Under the pieces are notes generated by a model that saw only the letters and a list, made by a program, of their open reading frames with translations, did not search any database and was not told where the DNA came from. A DNA stretch of 64,000 bases from Bacteroidales bacterium (GTDB taxonomy: Bacteria > Bacteroidota > Bacteroidia > Bacteroidales > ML635J-15), in assembly GCA_046546095.1 (NCBI GenBank), contig JBKGYK010000003.1, positions 4,220 through 68,219 on the forward strand, in the 5' to 3' direction. This document shows positions 1 through 9,549 of this stretch, one piece after another. The position numbers were made by a program, and so were the translations under genes. The first letter of the stretch is position 1. Every line of letters starts with the position of its first letter.

Positions 1-2
1 TG

Positions 3-788
3 CGTGGCGGATTTGAAGCCCAATACCTCAACCCGTTCATCTTTTTCCGCCCGGTTGAATTTTCCCTGGGCAGCTCCGACAATGCCTTGCTCGGACTAAA
101 TCTGTCATGGAATCCCTTTGGCAAGTGCGTTTTATACGGGCAGTTTGTGCTGGATGACATGAAAGTGGGTGAGCTGGCCATGGACATCCGGCACCGGTTG
201 AATCCGGATGATGACAGCTTCGATTACGGCTGGTTTGCCAACAAATACGGAGGTCAGATTGGCATCAAACTTTATGATGCCTTTGGTCTTGACGGTTTGT
301 TCTTGCAGGCAGAAGCCAATGCGGTAAGGCCATTTGTGTATGCCCACAACAACATCAGCCAGACATACACGCATCAGTATCAGTCGCTGGCTCATCCTCT
401 GGGAGCAAATTTTGCAGAAATCCTTGGCCATATCAATTATCGGTTCAAAATGTACCGCCTCAGTTTTACAGGGATCTACGCCATTCAGGGTGAAAGTTCA
501 TCAGGTACAAACATGGGTGAAAACATTTTTTATCCGGTCAGCGACGGGCCAAACATGGGCTACATTCCCGCCTCAACATACGGCAATGAAATTCTGCAGG
601 GCAACAAGCGACGTATGATGTACCTTGAATCTGAATTTTGCTGGCAGGCTGCCCCACAGGGCAGTCTGGAGCTTTTTGCCAGGGGTTTTTTCCGGCAGAC
701 TTATGGATCCAGCATTATCGGGCTCACAAATTACGGCATCATGCTGGGTGCGAGAACGCATCCTTCACAATTGAGCCGGTATTTTTAA
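3..788 (+). CDS. Outer-membrane beta-barrel protein, possibly Wzi/RemB-like capsule-assembly family; C-terminal part only (5-prime end is left of the window)
   Basis: Frame 3 is open from the window edge (RGGFEAQYLNPFIFFRPVEFSLGSSDNALLGLN precedes the listed TTG at 87). It has a beta-strand-like alternating pattern and a C-terminal aromatic residue (LSRYF) typical of OMPs. The family name is from recalled similarity only. Confidence 0.45.
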   Translation, partial: RGGFEAQYLNPFIFFRPVEFSLGSSDNALLGLNLSWNPFGKCVLYGQFVLDDMKVGELAMDIRHRLNPDDDSFDYGWFANKYGGQIGIKLYDAFGLDGLFLQAEANAVRPFVYAHNNISQTYTHQYQSLAHPLGANFAEILGHINYRFKMYRLSFTGIYAIQGESSSGTNMGENIFYPVSDGPNMGYIPASTYGNEILQGNKRRMMYLESEFCWQAAPQGSLELFARGFFRQTYGSSIIGLTNYGIMLGARTHPSQLSRYF

Positions 789-791
789 AAA

Positions 792-1712
792 TTATCCGGA
801 AAGCTTTCGTTTCTTTCGAAACCTGACAAACCAAATCAGTATAGCTGTGTAGCCCAGTATGGAAATATACAACCATACAGAAGAGGGATCTGCACCGAAT
901 TCATCGGGATTGGGAGCAGACTCGTTGGATTTGAAATATATATAGTACCAGATTGCTGCCAGGGCATTGTTGGTAAAATGTGCAATAACCGGCACCCACA
1001 AGGAACCGGTCCAATACAACAAATAACCGAACATCACGCCAAGGAAAAGCCGTGGCAGAAAGCCATAAAACTGAAAATGTACAAAGGAAAACAGAATGGC
1101 TGCTACCAAAATGGCAATGTGAATATTGTTGGTCCATTCTTTCAGGAGTCGCTGAATAACACCGCGGAAAAGCAATTCTTCACAAACGGCAGGAACAAGG
1201 GCAAGCACAAAAATATTCACCAGTAAACCACCAATATTGGCAGCATCAAGCATTCTCTCCTGAAGCTTCCGGGCAGATTCCTCCATCCGGATAATCATCT
1301 GTTCAATCTGCTCCATGCCATCAGGAAGGTTGAGCGAAGCATTCCATGAGGCCATCAGATTTACCAGTCCGATGCTGGCAATTACCCAAAGAATGGTAAA
1401 AATAATTTCTTTGTTCCCGGGAATACGACGCATCTTGAGGTGATATACCGGATCCGGACTGGAGATCACAGCTACTACATAAGCTGGCAGAAGCAATACA
1501 AACACCGAATTGATAAGCTGAACGATTTTCAGAACATTGATATTCACATTTTCTATGCACACCTCTGTGATAGCCAGCTCCGAGGAAGTGGCGCTATATA
1601 ATATAATACCGGAAATAATCTGAGAAATAAACAAACCAATGAACACCAGGGTAAAAACGATCATTAGCCTGATTCCGGGATGTATATTTACAAATGTATT
1701 TCTTAAACTCAT
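792..1712 (-). CDS. CPBP family intramembrane glutamic endopeptidase (CAAX protease-like)
   Basis: Multi-TM protein with the EELLFRG Glu-Glu motif, FSFVHF and HFTNN His motifs. ATG at 1712. It overlaps the ribD stop by 4 nt. Confidence 0.8.
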   Translation of the reverse strand: MSLRNTFVNIHPGIRLMIVFTLVFIGLFISQIISGIILYSATSSELAITEVCIENVNINVLKIVQLINSVFVLLLPAYVVAVISSPDPVYHLKMRRIPGNKEIIFTILWVIASIGLVNLMASWNASLNLPDGMEQIEQMIIRMEESARKLQERMLDAANIGGLLVNIFVLALVPAVCEELLFRGVIQRLLKEWTNNIHIAILVAAILFSFVHFQFYGFLPRLFLGVMFGYLLYWTGSLWVPVIAHFTNNALAAIWYYIYFKSNESAPNPDEFGADPSSVWLYISILGYTAILIWFVRFRKKRKLSG

Positions 1713-2752
1713 TGTCTTAGTATTTTCAATTCACTGTTTCCAAATTGCTTATAGTGGGTTTTTATCCCTTTAATGCGCGGTGCTTCAACGCCTTCACCAA
1801 AATAATGGTCTCCGGTAAATATTCTGGCCTCATCCCACAATCCTTTTCTAATAAAGGAATTCAGCAATTCGGCACCTCCTTCTACGACAAGAGACTGTTG
1901 ATTTTGTTGATAAAGAAGTCTTACTATTTCCTCTATATTATCTTGCCGGCTACTGATTTTGAGACGTTTCAATCTACCCGTGGCGACCTTTATTTTGTCT
2001 GTAAAAACAATGCTGTCGGCCTCGTCATTGAACAGAAATAAATCCTCAGGTAGTTTTCCATCATAATCTATGGTTACTCTAAGCGGATTTCTGCCTGTCC
2101 ATTCCCTCACTGTGAGCTGCGGATTATCCATGATGGCCGTGTGTGTTCCCACCATAAAGGCATCCTCCTCAGAACGCCACTTGTGTACCAGCAATTTGCC
2201 GAATTTATTGGTAATCCAGCTCGGATAACTGTTTCGGTCAACTGTACGTTTGACATCAATAAAACCATCGCGGGTTTCTGCCCATTTCAGAATAATGTAT
2301 GGTCGTTTTTCCGTAAAAAATGTAACAAACCGCCGGTTCAATTCCACAGCTTCCTTTTCAAGCACACCGGTAATTACCTCCACTCCGTGATTCCGGAGTT
2401 TAGCCACACCTCTACCACTGACCTGTGGATTGGGGTCTGTCATTCCGATCACTACCCTGGAAATTCCTTTGCGGATGATCAGATCAGTGCAGGGCGGAGT
2501 TTTGCCATGATGTACACAAGGCTCAAGATTAACATAAATAGTGGATGATTTCAGGTCTTCCTGTTGTTTTACAGATGCAATGGCATTTACTTCAGCGTGG
2601 GCTTCGCCAATTTTTTGGTGGTAACCTTCGCCTATGATACAATCATCCTTAACGATCACAGCACCAACCAATGGATTTGGACTTACATGCCCCAGGCCGG
2701 ATTTTGCTATATCAAGGCACCTTCTCAAGTATATTTCATCCTTGCTCATCAT
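1709..2752 (-). CDS. ribD: Bifunctional riboflavin biosynthesis protein RibD (pyrimidine deaminase / uracil reductase)
   Basis: HAEVNAI and LEPCVHHGKTPPC zinc-deaminase motifs followed by a reductase domain; 347 aa. Confidence 0.92.
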   Translation of the reverse strand: MMSKDEIYLRRCLDIAKSGLGHVSPNPLVGAVIVKDDCIIGEGYHQKIGEAHAEVNAIASVKQQEDLKSSTIYVNLEPCVHHGKTPPCTDLIIRKGISRVVIGMTDPNPQVSGRGVAKLRNHGVEVITGVLEKEAVELNRRFVTFFTEKRPYIILKWAETRDGFIDVKRTVDRNSYPSWITNKFGKLLVHKWRSEEDAFMVGTHTAIMDNPQLTVREWTGRNPLRVTIDYDGKLPEDLFLFNDEADSIVFTDKIKVATGRLKRLKISSRQDNIEEIVRLLYQQNQQSLVVEGGAELLNSFIRKGLWDEARIFTGDHYFGEGVEAPRIKGIKTHYKQFGNSELKILRQ

Positions 2753-2834
2753 ATCCGCAACAAAATTAGTAAACTTAAGAGATTCACGGTCTTAATTCCC
2801 ACTCTTTAACCATAAATTAAGACTTCAGGATAAG

Positions 2835-3236
2835 TCAGAGCCACATAATAAATTGCGAATTATCGGTATACCTGTTCAGATCAGGGGTAAAAATGATGAC
2901 AAACAGATCAGCCAGAGGCAAAAAACCCATTCCACCTCCAAGTGTAAAAGCATATACCACAGGCACCCATGGCTCAGTACCCAGATAAATTCTGTGTCCG
3001 CCAAGAGGTCCGGTAAGTATATCAGCTGCGATGGCAATGAGTTTACTCCTCTTCTTCATCTGCTGGTTATCATCGCTATAGGATATCATCATTCTGTAGT
3101 TGCCCAGTCGTATTGTGTCCTTCATTTCCAGGCCGGAAACACTGATTTCATTTGCGCCTGCGGATGGTGTGGCGACACTTTTGGACGGAGGCAGCAGCAT
3201 CAGCACAAACACACAATATACAGGCAGCATTTTCAT
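2835..3236 (-). CDS. TM2 domain-containing membrane protein
   Basis: N-terminal signal sequence. The C-terminal pattern LTGPLGGHRIYLG...VVYAFTLGGGMGFLPLADLF resembles the two-helix TM2 domain. Its start overlaps the upstream phosphatase gene by 4 nt. Confidence 0.6.
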   Translation of the reverse strand: MKMLPVYCVFVLMLLPPSKSVATPSAGANEISVSGLEMKDTIRLGNYRMMISYSDDNQQMKKRSKLIAIAADILTGPLGGHRIYLGTEPWVPVVYAFTLGGGMGFLPLADLFVIIFTPDLNRYTDNSQFIMWL

Positions 3237-3961
3237 AAGCTCTGGTTGTATGTCCCCGACTGAATAACCGACTGTATGGTTTTGTTTTCTATGCTGGTGC
3301 TTATCAGATCAATGGCAGTGGGTGAATGAGCATCTGTACCCAGAAATTCTATCCAGCCCTCTGCTGCAATCAACTCAATATTGCGTTTGGGAATCTGCCC
3401 ATAAAAACCTTCAGCAGCATGCATATTTGATTGAAACAGATAGCCCATGTTTCTCAGCCTTTCAAACATGTTTTTATTGCCGTGCCAGTATTCATAGCGC
3501 TCCGGGTGTGCAAGCACTGGTTGATAGCCATTCGCTTTCAGGGAATCAGCAACCATTTCAGCACCAACCGGCGGCATATGAAAGCTGAATTCACACAGAA
3601 CATAATTTGTCCCGAATGTCAAAACATCACCTGTATCTATCAATTTCAGCAGGTGCCGGTCAGCAAAATACTCGGCCGCGTAATCAAGCTCTATGTTGAT
3701 ATTTTCTTTTTCTTTTGCCTCCATTACCTGCTCATAAGCATTCCTGATGTTTTCTGTATCATTCATGTATCGTTCGGAATGTACATGTGGTGTAGTAATC
3801 ACTTTTGTATAGCCCTGCATCTCAAATGCACGCAACATATACATGCTTTCACTGATATCGCGTGAGCCATCATCTATTCCCGGTAGCACATGCGAATGAA
3901 TGTCGATTTGCAAACGCATTACGGGCAATTTTACTTTACTTTTTCTGGAAAATAAGCCCAT
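3233..3961 (-). CDS. PHP-family protein-tyrosine phosphatase (CpsB/CapC/YwqE-like)
   Basis: N-terminal IDIHSHVLPGIDDGSRD metal-binding motif, later TPH and HPERY motifs, about 240 aa, typical of Mn-dependent capsule-locus tyrosine phosphatases. Confidence 0.8.
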   Translation of the reverse strand: MGLFSRKSKVKLPVMRLQIDIHSHVLPGIDDGSRDISESMYMLRAFEMQGYTKVITTPHVHSERYMNDTENIRNAYEQVMEAKEKENINIELDYAAEYFADRHLLKLIDTGDVLTFGTNYVLCEFSFHMPPVGAEMVADSLKANGYQPVLAHPERYEYWHGNKNMFERLRNMGYLFQSNMHAAEGFYGQIPKRNIELIAAEGWIEFLGTDAHSPTAIDLISTSIENKTIQSVIQSGTYNQSL

Positions 3962-3962
3962 G

Positions 3963-5018
3963 TCAGTTATTCCCGTACATCTTTTCGTAGTAGGTTATGT
4001 AATCACCACTCACTACCCTGTCCATCCATTCCTGATTGGCAAGATACCAGTCCACGGTTTTTTCCAGTCCTTCTTCGAAATCAAGGGAAGGTTCCCATCC
4101 AAGTTCTCCGGCAATTTTCGATGAGTCAATAGCGTAACGCATATCATGTCCGGCGCGATCTTTGACAAAAATGATGAGTTTTTCGGAGGTACCGGGTTTG
4201 CGATCCAGTTTTTTGTCCATAATCTTGCATAGCAAGCGGATCAGGTCAATATTTTTCCATTCATTGTTTCCGCCGATATTGTAGGTTTCACCTTTTTTAC
4301 CTTTTCTGTAGATAAGTTCGATGGCAGTAGCATGATCCTCAACATAAAGCCAGTCACGGATATTTTCACCTTTACCATATATGGGAATGGGTTTCATGTT
4401 TTGTATATTGTTGATAGCCAAAGGCAGCAGCTTTTCAGGAAACTGGTAGGGCCCGTAATTATTTGAGCAATTGCTGATAACTACAGGTAAACCATAGGTA
4501 TTGTGATATGCTCTTACCAGGTGGTCAGAGCTGGCTTTGGATGCAGAATAAGGTGACTTGGGATCGTATGGCGTATCTTCGGTAAAAAGCCCGGTATCAC
4601 CAAGTGAACCATACACCTCATCTGTAGAAATATGGTAAAAACATTTGCCTTCAAAGTCGTTTTCCCAGTATTTTTTGGCATGATTCAACAAAACCACGGT
4701 TCCTACAATGTTGGAACGGATAAATTCCATAGGATTGGATATGCTGCGATCAACATGGGATTCAGCCGCCAGGTGAATAACACCTTCAAAATTATACTTA
4801 TCAAATAAGGCAGCCACGAAATCTTCATCTGCAATATCGCCCTTTTCAAAACGATAATTGGGTTTATCATCCACATCGGTGAGATTCTCCAGATTGCCTG
4901 CGTAAGTAAGCTTATCCAGATTAACAATCAGGGTATCCGGATGATTATTGACCATGCGGCGTACTACATGTGAACCAATGAATCCGGCACCGCCGGTAAT
5001 GAGAATTGCCTTGTCCAT
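3963..5018 (-). CDS. rfbB: dTDP-glucose 4,6-dehydratase
   Basis: GGAGFIGS Rossmann motif, YSASKASSD catalytic Y-x3-K, full-length RmlB-like sequence of 351 aa. Confidence 0.92.
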   Translation of the reverse strand: MDKAILITGGAGFIGSHVVRRMVNNHPDTLIVNLDKLTYAGNLENLTDVDDKPNYRFEKGDIADEDFVAALFDKYNFEGVIHLAAESHVDRSISNPMEFIRSNIVGTVVLLNHAKKYWENDFEGKCFYHISTDEVYGSLGDTGLFTEDTPYDPKSPYSASKASSDHLVRAYHNTYGLPVVISNCSNNYGPYQFPEKLLPLAINNIQNMKPIPIYGKGENIRDWLYVEDHATAIELIYRKGKKGETYNIGGNNEWKNIDLIRLLCKIMDKKLDRKPGTSEKLIIFVKDRAGHDMRYAIDSSKIAGELGWEPSLDFEEGLEKTVDWYLANQEWMDRVVSGDYITYYEKMYGNN

Positions 5019-5032
5019 AGATTATTTTTTTT

Positions 5033-5040
5033 CAAAAATA
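5033..5040 (-). promoter_or_regulatory. Candidate -7 box (TATTTTTG on the minus strand) upstream of rfbB
   Basis: The reverse complement of CAAAAATA is a TAnnTTTG match 14 nt upstream of the rfbB ATG (5018). GTTG lies 20 nt further upstream. Confidence 0.3.
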
Positions 5041-5156
5041 AGCAAATAATACACAATTTCCAACGGAAATATTATATAACAACACATTCTTGCGGATTTT
5101 AACCCGCACACTGCCTGACAATATCAATCAAGTCATGCGCTGCGGTTCAGAATACA

Positions 5157-6497
5157 TTAACTTCCGCAATTCAGCAAGCAGTGTTCACATGCCACCTCAT
5201 CGCCACGAAGTCTCTTGCTAACAAGGTCTTCCACACGCTCACGCAATGGATCGATTTTGATTTTACGCACCACTTCATTGGCAAAAGCATACATCATCAT
5301 AAAACGCGCCTCAGCCTTGTCTATGCCACGGGTACGCAAGTAGAACATCGCCTCTTCATCCAACTGACCGACTGTTGCTCCATGGGAACATTTCACGTCA
5401 TCTGCATAAATTTCCAGCTGAGGTTTGGTGCGCATACGGGCAGAATCTGTCAAACAGATGTTGTTGTTGGTCTGGTAGGCATTGGTGTTTTGTGCATCTT
5501 TCCGCACAAGAATGCGACCACTGAATGCCCCACGTGAATTATCATCCAGAATTGATTTAAAAAATTCATTGCTCGTACAATTGGGAACCGCATGATCCAT
5601 AAAGACAAAATTATCCATACGCTGCTCGTTGTCGCTGAGTACAAGGCCGTATATATTGCTATCAGCACCTTCTCCCGCAAGTTTCACATGAATATTGTTC
5701 CGGATAGTTCCTCCATGCAGGGAAAATGCAAGATTAATCAAACGTGAATTGGCTTCCTGATGAAATGCCATATGATTGAAAATATTGGTCACGTCCGGTT
5801 CATTTTGCAGATCATAAACCTGCAGGTCACCGTTCTCTCCAACATATGCTTCAGATGCAACATGAGAAACATTTTTAGCCATGGTCAGACTGTGATCACA
5901 AAGCACAAGCTGTAGTGAGGCATTATCACCGACAACAAAAAGATTGCGCTGGAATATTTCTTTTTCACCAAAACCATGGGTAAGATTAACCACCTGTATG
6001 GGCTTGGGAATCTGCGTATTGTCAGGCACATAAATAAACACCCCATCACCTGAAAGCAATGTATTGAGATCTGCCCATCCGTTTTTGCTTTCCTTCAGAT
6101 ATTTGTTGTAGTGTCTGGAAACCAGCTCAGGATATTTATTCATGGCTTCACGCATGCTGCAAACAATAACTGATTCCGGGAGATTGCTGTCTATTATGCT
6201 ATCCTGATAATACCATCCGTTGGACAGCAGAATCAGTTCAGTGTCCATGCCTTCCACTTCGCATTGAAAGAAGGCATTCAGGTCCGTTTTGACATCCGGT
6301 TTTTCCAGAACTTTCTGAAAGGGCATATTGAAAACATGATCAAAATCCAGGTACCGGTAACGTTCGTCCCCTTTACCAGGCAGCCCACGTGACATGAGAT
6401 TCTGCAAGGCTTCCTGTTTTTCAGTCTTTACTGCTTCGGGAAGCTTTTCCTGCTGTTTTATTTGCTGATAGGCTTCAATATATTCGCGGGTTTGCAT
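5157..6497 (-). CDS. sufD: Fe-S cluster assembly protein SufD
   Basis: SufB/D-family C-terminal region (QLEIYADDVKCSHGATVGQLDEEAMFYLRTRG) directly downstream of sufC. The start is trimmed to the ATG at 6497, 10 nt after the sufC stop. The listed longer ORF would overlap sufC by 68 nt. Confidence 0.88.
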   Translation of the reverse strand: MQTREYIEAYQQIKQQEKLPEAVKTEKQEALQNLMSRGLPGKGDERYRYLDFDHVFNMPFQKVLEKPDVKTDLNAFFQCEVEGMDTELILLSNGWYYQDSIIDSNLPESVIVCSMREAMNKYPELVSRHYNKYLKESKNGWADLNTLLSGDGVFIYVPDNTQIPKPIQVVNLTHGFGEKEIFQRNLFVVGDNASLQLVLCDHSLTMAKNVSHVASEAYVGENGDLQVYDLQNEPDVTNIFNHMAFHQEANSRLINLAFSLHGGTIRNNIHVKLAGEGADSNIYGLVLSDNEQRMDNFVFMDHAVPNCTSNEFFKSILDDNSRGAFSGRILVRKDAQNTNAYQTNNNICLTDSARMRTKPQLEIYADDVKCSHGATVGQLDEEAMFYLRTRGIDKAEARFMMMYAFANEVVRKIKIDPLRERVEDLVSKRLRGDEVACEHCLLNCGS

Positions 6498-6507
6498 ATT
6501 CTTTCCT

Positions 6508-7257
6508 TTAAGACAATTCATTTTTAATCCAGTCGTAACCTTTATCTTCCAACTCCAATGCCAGATCCCGGCCACCTGATTTCACAATACGGCCCTGATA
6601 AAGGACATGGACGACATCGGGAACAATATAATCCAGAAGTCGCTGGTAGTGGGTAATGACAATACTGGCGTTATCATCAGATTTCAGAGCATTGACACCA
6701 TTGGCCACGATACGCAGGGCATCAATATCCAGCCCGGAGTCTGTTTCATCCAGAATGGAAAGCTTTGGTTCCAGCATTGCCATTTGGAAAATTTCATTTT
6801 TCTTCTTTTCACCTCCTGAAAAACCTTCGTTCACAGAACGGTTGGTTAGGTTGGAATCAATTTCCACAAGGGCTTTGCGTTCGCGCATAAACTTCAGAAA
6901 TTCTGCTGAGGAAAGTTCTTTCTGTCCGCGGTGTTCCCGGATTTGATTGACAGCAGTTTTCATGAAGTTCATCATACCAACGCCGGGAATCTCTACGGGA
7001 TACTGAAAACTCAGGAACAAGCCTTCACGGGCAAGTTCTTCCGGTTCCATTTCAAGCAGATTTTTGCCCCTGTACTCAACACTTCCCTTGGTTACTTTGA
7101 AAAGATCGCGTCCGGTAAGAACCGAAGCCAGGGTTGATTTCCCGCTCCCGTTGGGACCCATGATGGCATGGATTTCACCAGGTTTAACTTCCAGATTTAT
7201 TCCATTGAGGATTTTTTTTCCCTCTATTTCTGCGTGTAAGTTATTAATTTTAAGCAT
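6508..7257 (-). CDS. sufC: Fe-S cluster assembly ATPase SufC
   Basis: Walker A GPNGSGKST, ABC signature FSGGEKKK, Walker B LSILDETDSGLD; 249 aa. Confidence 0.95.
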   Translation of the reverse strand: MLKINNLHAEIEGKKILNGINLEVKPGEIHAIMGPNGSGKSTLASVLTGRDLFKVTKGSVEYRGKNLLEMEPEELAREGLFLSFQYPVEIPGVGMMNFMKTAVNQIREHRGQKELSSAEFLKFMRERKALVEIDSNLTNRSVNEGFSGGEKKKNEIFQMAMLEPKLSILDETDSGLDIDALRIVANGVNALKSDDNASIVITHYQRLLDYIVPDVVHVLYQGRIVKSGGRDLALELEDKGYDWIKNELS

Positions 7258-7268
7258 GCTACTATAGT

Positions 7269-7823
7269 TTAATCCAAATGTAAATATTTGTTTTCCATGA
7301 TGTTCATTCTTCGCTCACAGGACATTCTGACGCCCTTGCTTAACTGATGTTTTATCAATTCAAAGGATGCCTGAATTTCACCCAGCAACAGTGGCTCTTC
7401 TGCAGCAAATTTCAAGAGTATCTGAAGGCCAATGCTGCGTGTTCCCGGCTGTTTATCCGAATCCTGAAGTACTGACATACAAAAATCAAACAAACTGCCC
7501 TGCACCTCTTCCGGCCAGTCGCTGATGGCCGTATCTTTGAAAAGTTTCAAAAGCTCGCGTATCTGACCATCGCGCTTTATTTCAGGCAGACGGCACATGA
7601 TTTCCGGCAGCCGGGAGATTATGCGGCCAGGGTTTGTCTTCACGCTGTTTGCCAGTGCCCAGGCAGAACGCCATGCTGCCGGCTGGTCATTTGACAAAGC
7701 AAGCCTCATACACTGCTCAAAATTGACTGCAGGAATCGTGGCTTCAACAGCTTGTTCTTTGTCAAGCTGAGCCGATTCATAAAAGGCTTTGAGATGCTGA
7801 TATGTTTTGTCCTGTTTGTCCAT
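7269..7823 (-). CDS. Hypothetical alpha-helical (HEAT/ARM-like?) protein embedded in the suf operon
   Basis: 184-aa ORF with an ATG start, 6 nt after the sufB stop and 11 nt before the sufC start. No signal peptide or TM segment. No motif of SufA/SufE/SufS/SufT recognised. Confidence 0.55.
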   Translation of the reverse strand: MDKQDKTYQHLKAFYESAQLDKEQAVEATIPAVNFEQCMRLALSNDQPAAWRSAWALANSVKTNPGRIISRLPEIMCRLPEIKRDGQIRELLKLFKDTAISDWPEEVQGSLFDFCMSVLQDSDKQPGTRSIGLQILLKFAAEEPLLLGEIQASFELIKHQLSKGVRMSCERRMNIMENKYLHLD

Positions 7824-7829
7824 ATCTGA

Positions 7830-9284
7830 TTAACCAACGCTGCCTTCCAGGGTTATCTGCAGCAGTTTCTGAGCCTCTACAGCAAATTCCATCGGTAGTT
7901 TATTGATCACATCCTTGGCATAGCCATTGACAATCAAACCAATGGCGTCTTCTTCTGATATACCTCGCTGTTTGCAGTAAAACACCTGATCTTCTGAAAT
8001 TTTTGATGTTGTGGCTTCATGCTCCACCACAGCCGAATCATTGTCTGTACTGATGTACGGAAATGTGTGAGCTCCACACTTGTCACCCAAAAGCAGGCTG
8101 TCACATTGTGAAAAGTTTCTTGCATTTTCAGCATTTTTGGAAACCTTCACCAATCCCCTGTATGAATTCTGGCTGTATCCGGCCGAAATTCCCTTGGAAA
8201 TAATCGTACTTCTGGTGTTTTTTCCCAGATGAATCATTTTGGTACCTGTATCTGCCTGCTGATAATTGTTGGTAACGGCCACACTATAAAATTCCGAAAC
8301 TGAATTATCTCCTTTCAGAATGGTGGATGGGTATTTCCAGGTAATGGCTGAACCGGTTTCTACCTGTGCCCAACTAATTTTTGAATTGTCACCCCGGCAC
8401 ATGCCCCGCTTGGTTACAAAATTGTAAACACCTCCTTTGCCTTGCTTATTGCCGGGATACCAATTCTGCACGGTAGAATATTTCACTTCAGCATCCTCTT
8501 CGGCAATGATTTCCACAATGGCAGCATGAAGCTGATTTTCATCACGCTGAGGGGCAGTACATCCCTCAAGATAGGAAACATACGAACCGGCTTCAGCAAT
8601 AATTAAGGTGCGCTCAAATTGTCCTGTGTTGGCAGCATTTATTCTAAAATAGGTACTCAGTTCCATGGGAGACCTCACCCCTTTTGGAATGTAGCAAAAC
8701 GACCCATCACTAAAAACAGCGGAGTTGAGTGCGGCAAAATAATTATCTCCTTTGGGGACAATGGTACCCAGGTATTTTTTTACCAAATCCGGATGTTTTT
8801 GTACCGCATCGCTGAAAGAACAAAATATGATGCCCTTTTCTGCCAGCTTTTCCTGAAATGTGGTTTTTACCGATACTGAATCCATCACAGCATCAACGGC
8901 GATACCGGAAAGCTGCTTTTGTTCATCAAGCGGGATACCCAATTTATCAAAAGTTTCCCGGATATCGGGATCCACTTCATCAAGGGATGCGGGGCCTGCC
9001 TTTTGCTTTGGAGCTGAATAATAGATGATTTCCTGATAATCTATTTCAGGAATATTCAGATGCGCCCAGCCGGGCATTTTCATGCTTTTCCATTTGCGGT
9101 AAGCATCCAGACGGAATTCGAGCATCCATTCGGGTTCGTTCTTTTTCTTTGATATTATGCGGACAACATCCTCACTCAATCCTTTGGCTATATTATCTTC
9201 ATCCAGCTTTGTTGTAAAACCGTATTTATATTCGTTCTGTGTTAAGTCTTGTAAGACTTTATCCTGTTCTGCTTCTTTGCCCAT
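7830..9284 (-). CDS. sufB: Fe-S cluster assembly scaffold protein SufB
   Basis: 484 aa, full-length SufB-like sequence ([46 protein letters not shown]), first gene of the suf string. Confidence 0.95.
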   Translation of the reverse strand: MGKEAEQDKVLQDLTQNEYKYGFTTKLDEDNIAKGLSEDVVRIISKKKNEPEWMLEFRLDAYRKWKSMKMPGWAHLNIPEIDYQEIIYYSAPKQKAGPASLDEVDPDIRETFDKLGIPLDEQKQLSGIAVDAVMDSVSVKTTFQEKLAEKGIIFCSFSDAVQKHPDLVKKYLGTIVPKGDNYFAALNSAVFSDGSFCYIPKGVRSPMELSTYFRINAANTGQFERTLIIAEAGSYVSYLEGCTAPQRDENQLHAAIVEIIAEEDAEVKYSTVQNWYPGNKQGKGGVYNFVTKRGMCRGDNSKISWAQVETGSAITWKYPSTILKGDNSVSEFYSVAVTNNYQQADTGTKMIHLGKNTRSTIISKGISAGYSQNSYRGLVKVSKNAENARNFSQCDSLLLGDKCGAHTFPYISTDNDSAVVEHEATTSKISEDQVFYCKQRGISEEDAIGLIVNGYAKDVINKLPMEFAVEAQKLLQITLEGSVG

Positions 9285-9319
9285 TTTTATTAATATTTAG
9301 AGTTATTCTAAATCATTTA

Positions 9320-9350
9320 CAAAATTACGATTAAGTTTTTTAATCTCAAA
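9320..9350 (-). promoter_or_regulatory. Bacteroidota-type sigma-A promoter for the suf operon (TTTG-N19-TAATTTTG)
   Basis: On the minus strand, TTTG (9350..9347), a 19-nt spacer, then TAATTTTG (9327..9320), 35 nt upstream of the sufB ATG. This matches the -33 TTTG / -7 TAnnTTTG consensus. Confidence 0.5.
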
Positions 9351-9447
9351 TTACAATTGTCAGTACCACGGGTTAAGCAAACAATGAAGGAAAAGCATTG
9401 TTTAGAATTTTCAACTTTTCAGGCCAGACCAGCCTCCCTGCAATATG

Positions 9448-9508
9448 GAAAAATCATGCTGCCTGCAAGTGTGCGATTTTCAAAGAACAATTATATCCGC
9501 ACAGGCAG
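9448..9508 (-). terminator. Imperfect hairpin downstream of the giant OMP gene
   Basis: Plus-strand CTGCC...TGTGCG (9459..9475) pairs with CGCACAGGCAG (9498..9508) with a bulge and a 22-nt loop. The minus strand continues CATGATTTTTCC. Confidence 0.3.
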
Positions 9509-9549
9509 TTGCATGTGGTGGTGCAAATTATCCCATCCATAAACAGCAT

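Noticed and set aside
2753-2834. FMN riboswitch upstream of ribD
   Set aside because: The spacer is only 82 nt and AT-rich, which is too short and lacks the conserved FMN-element helices.
6498-6575. Longer SufD N-terminus (listed ORF start 6575), overlapping sufC by 68 nt
   Set aside because: The extension (MAGIWHWSWKIKVTTGLKMNCLKGKN) looks like read-through of the sufC 3-prime end in another frame. The ATG at 6497 gives a tidy 10-nt gap.
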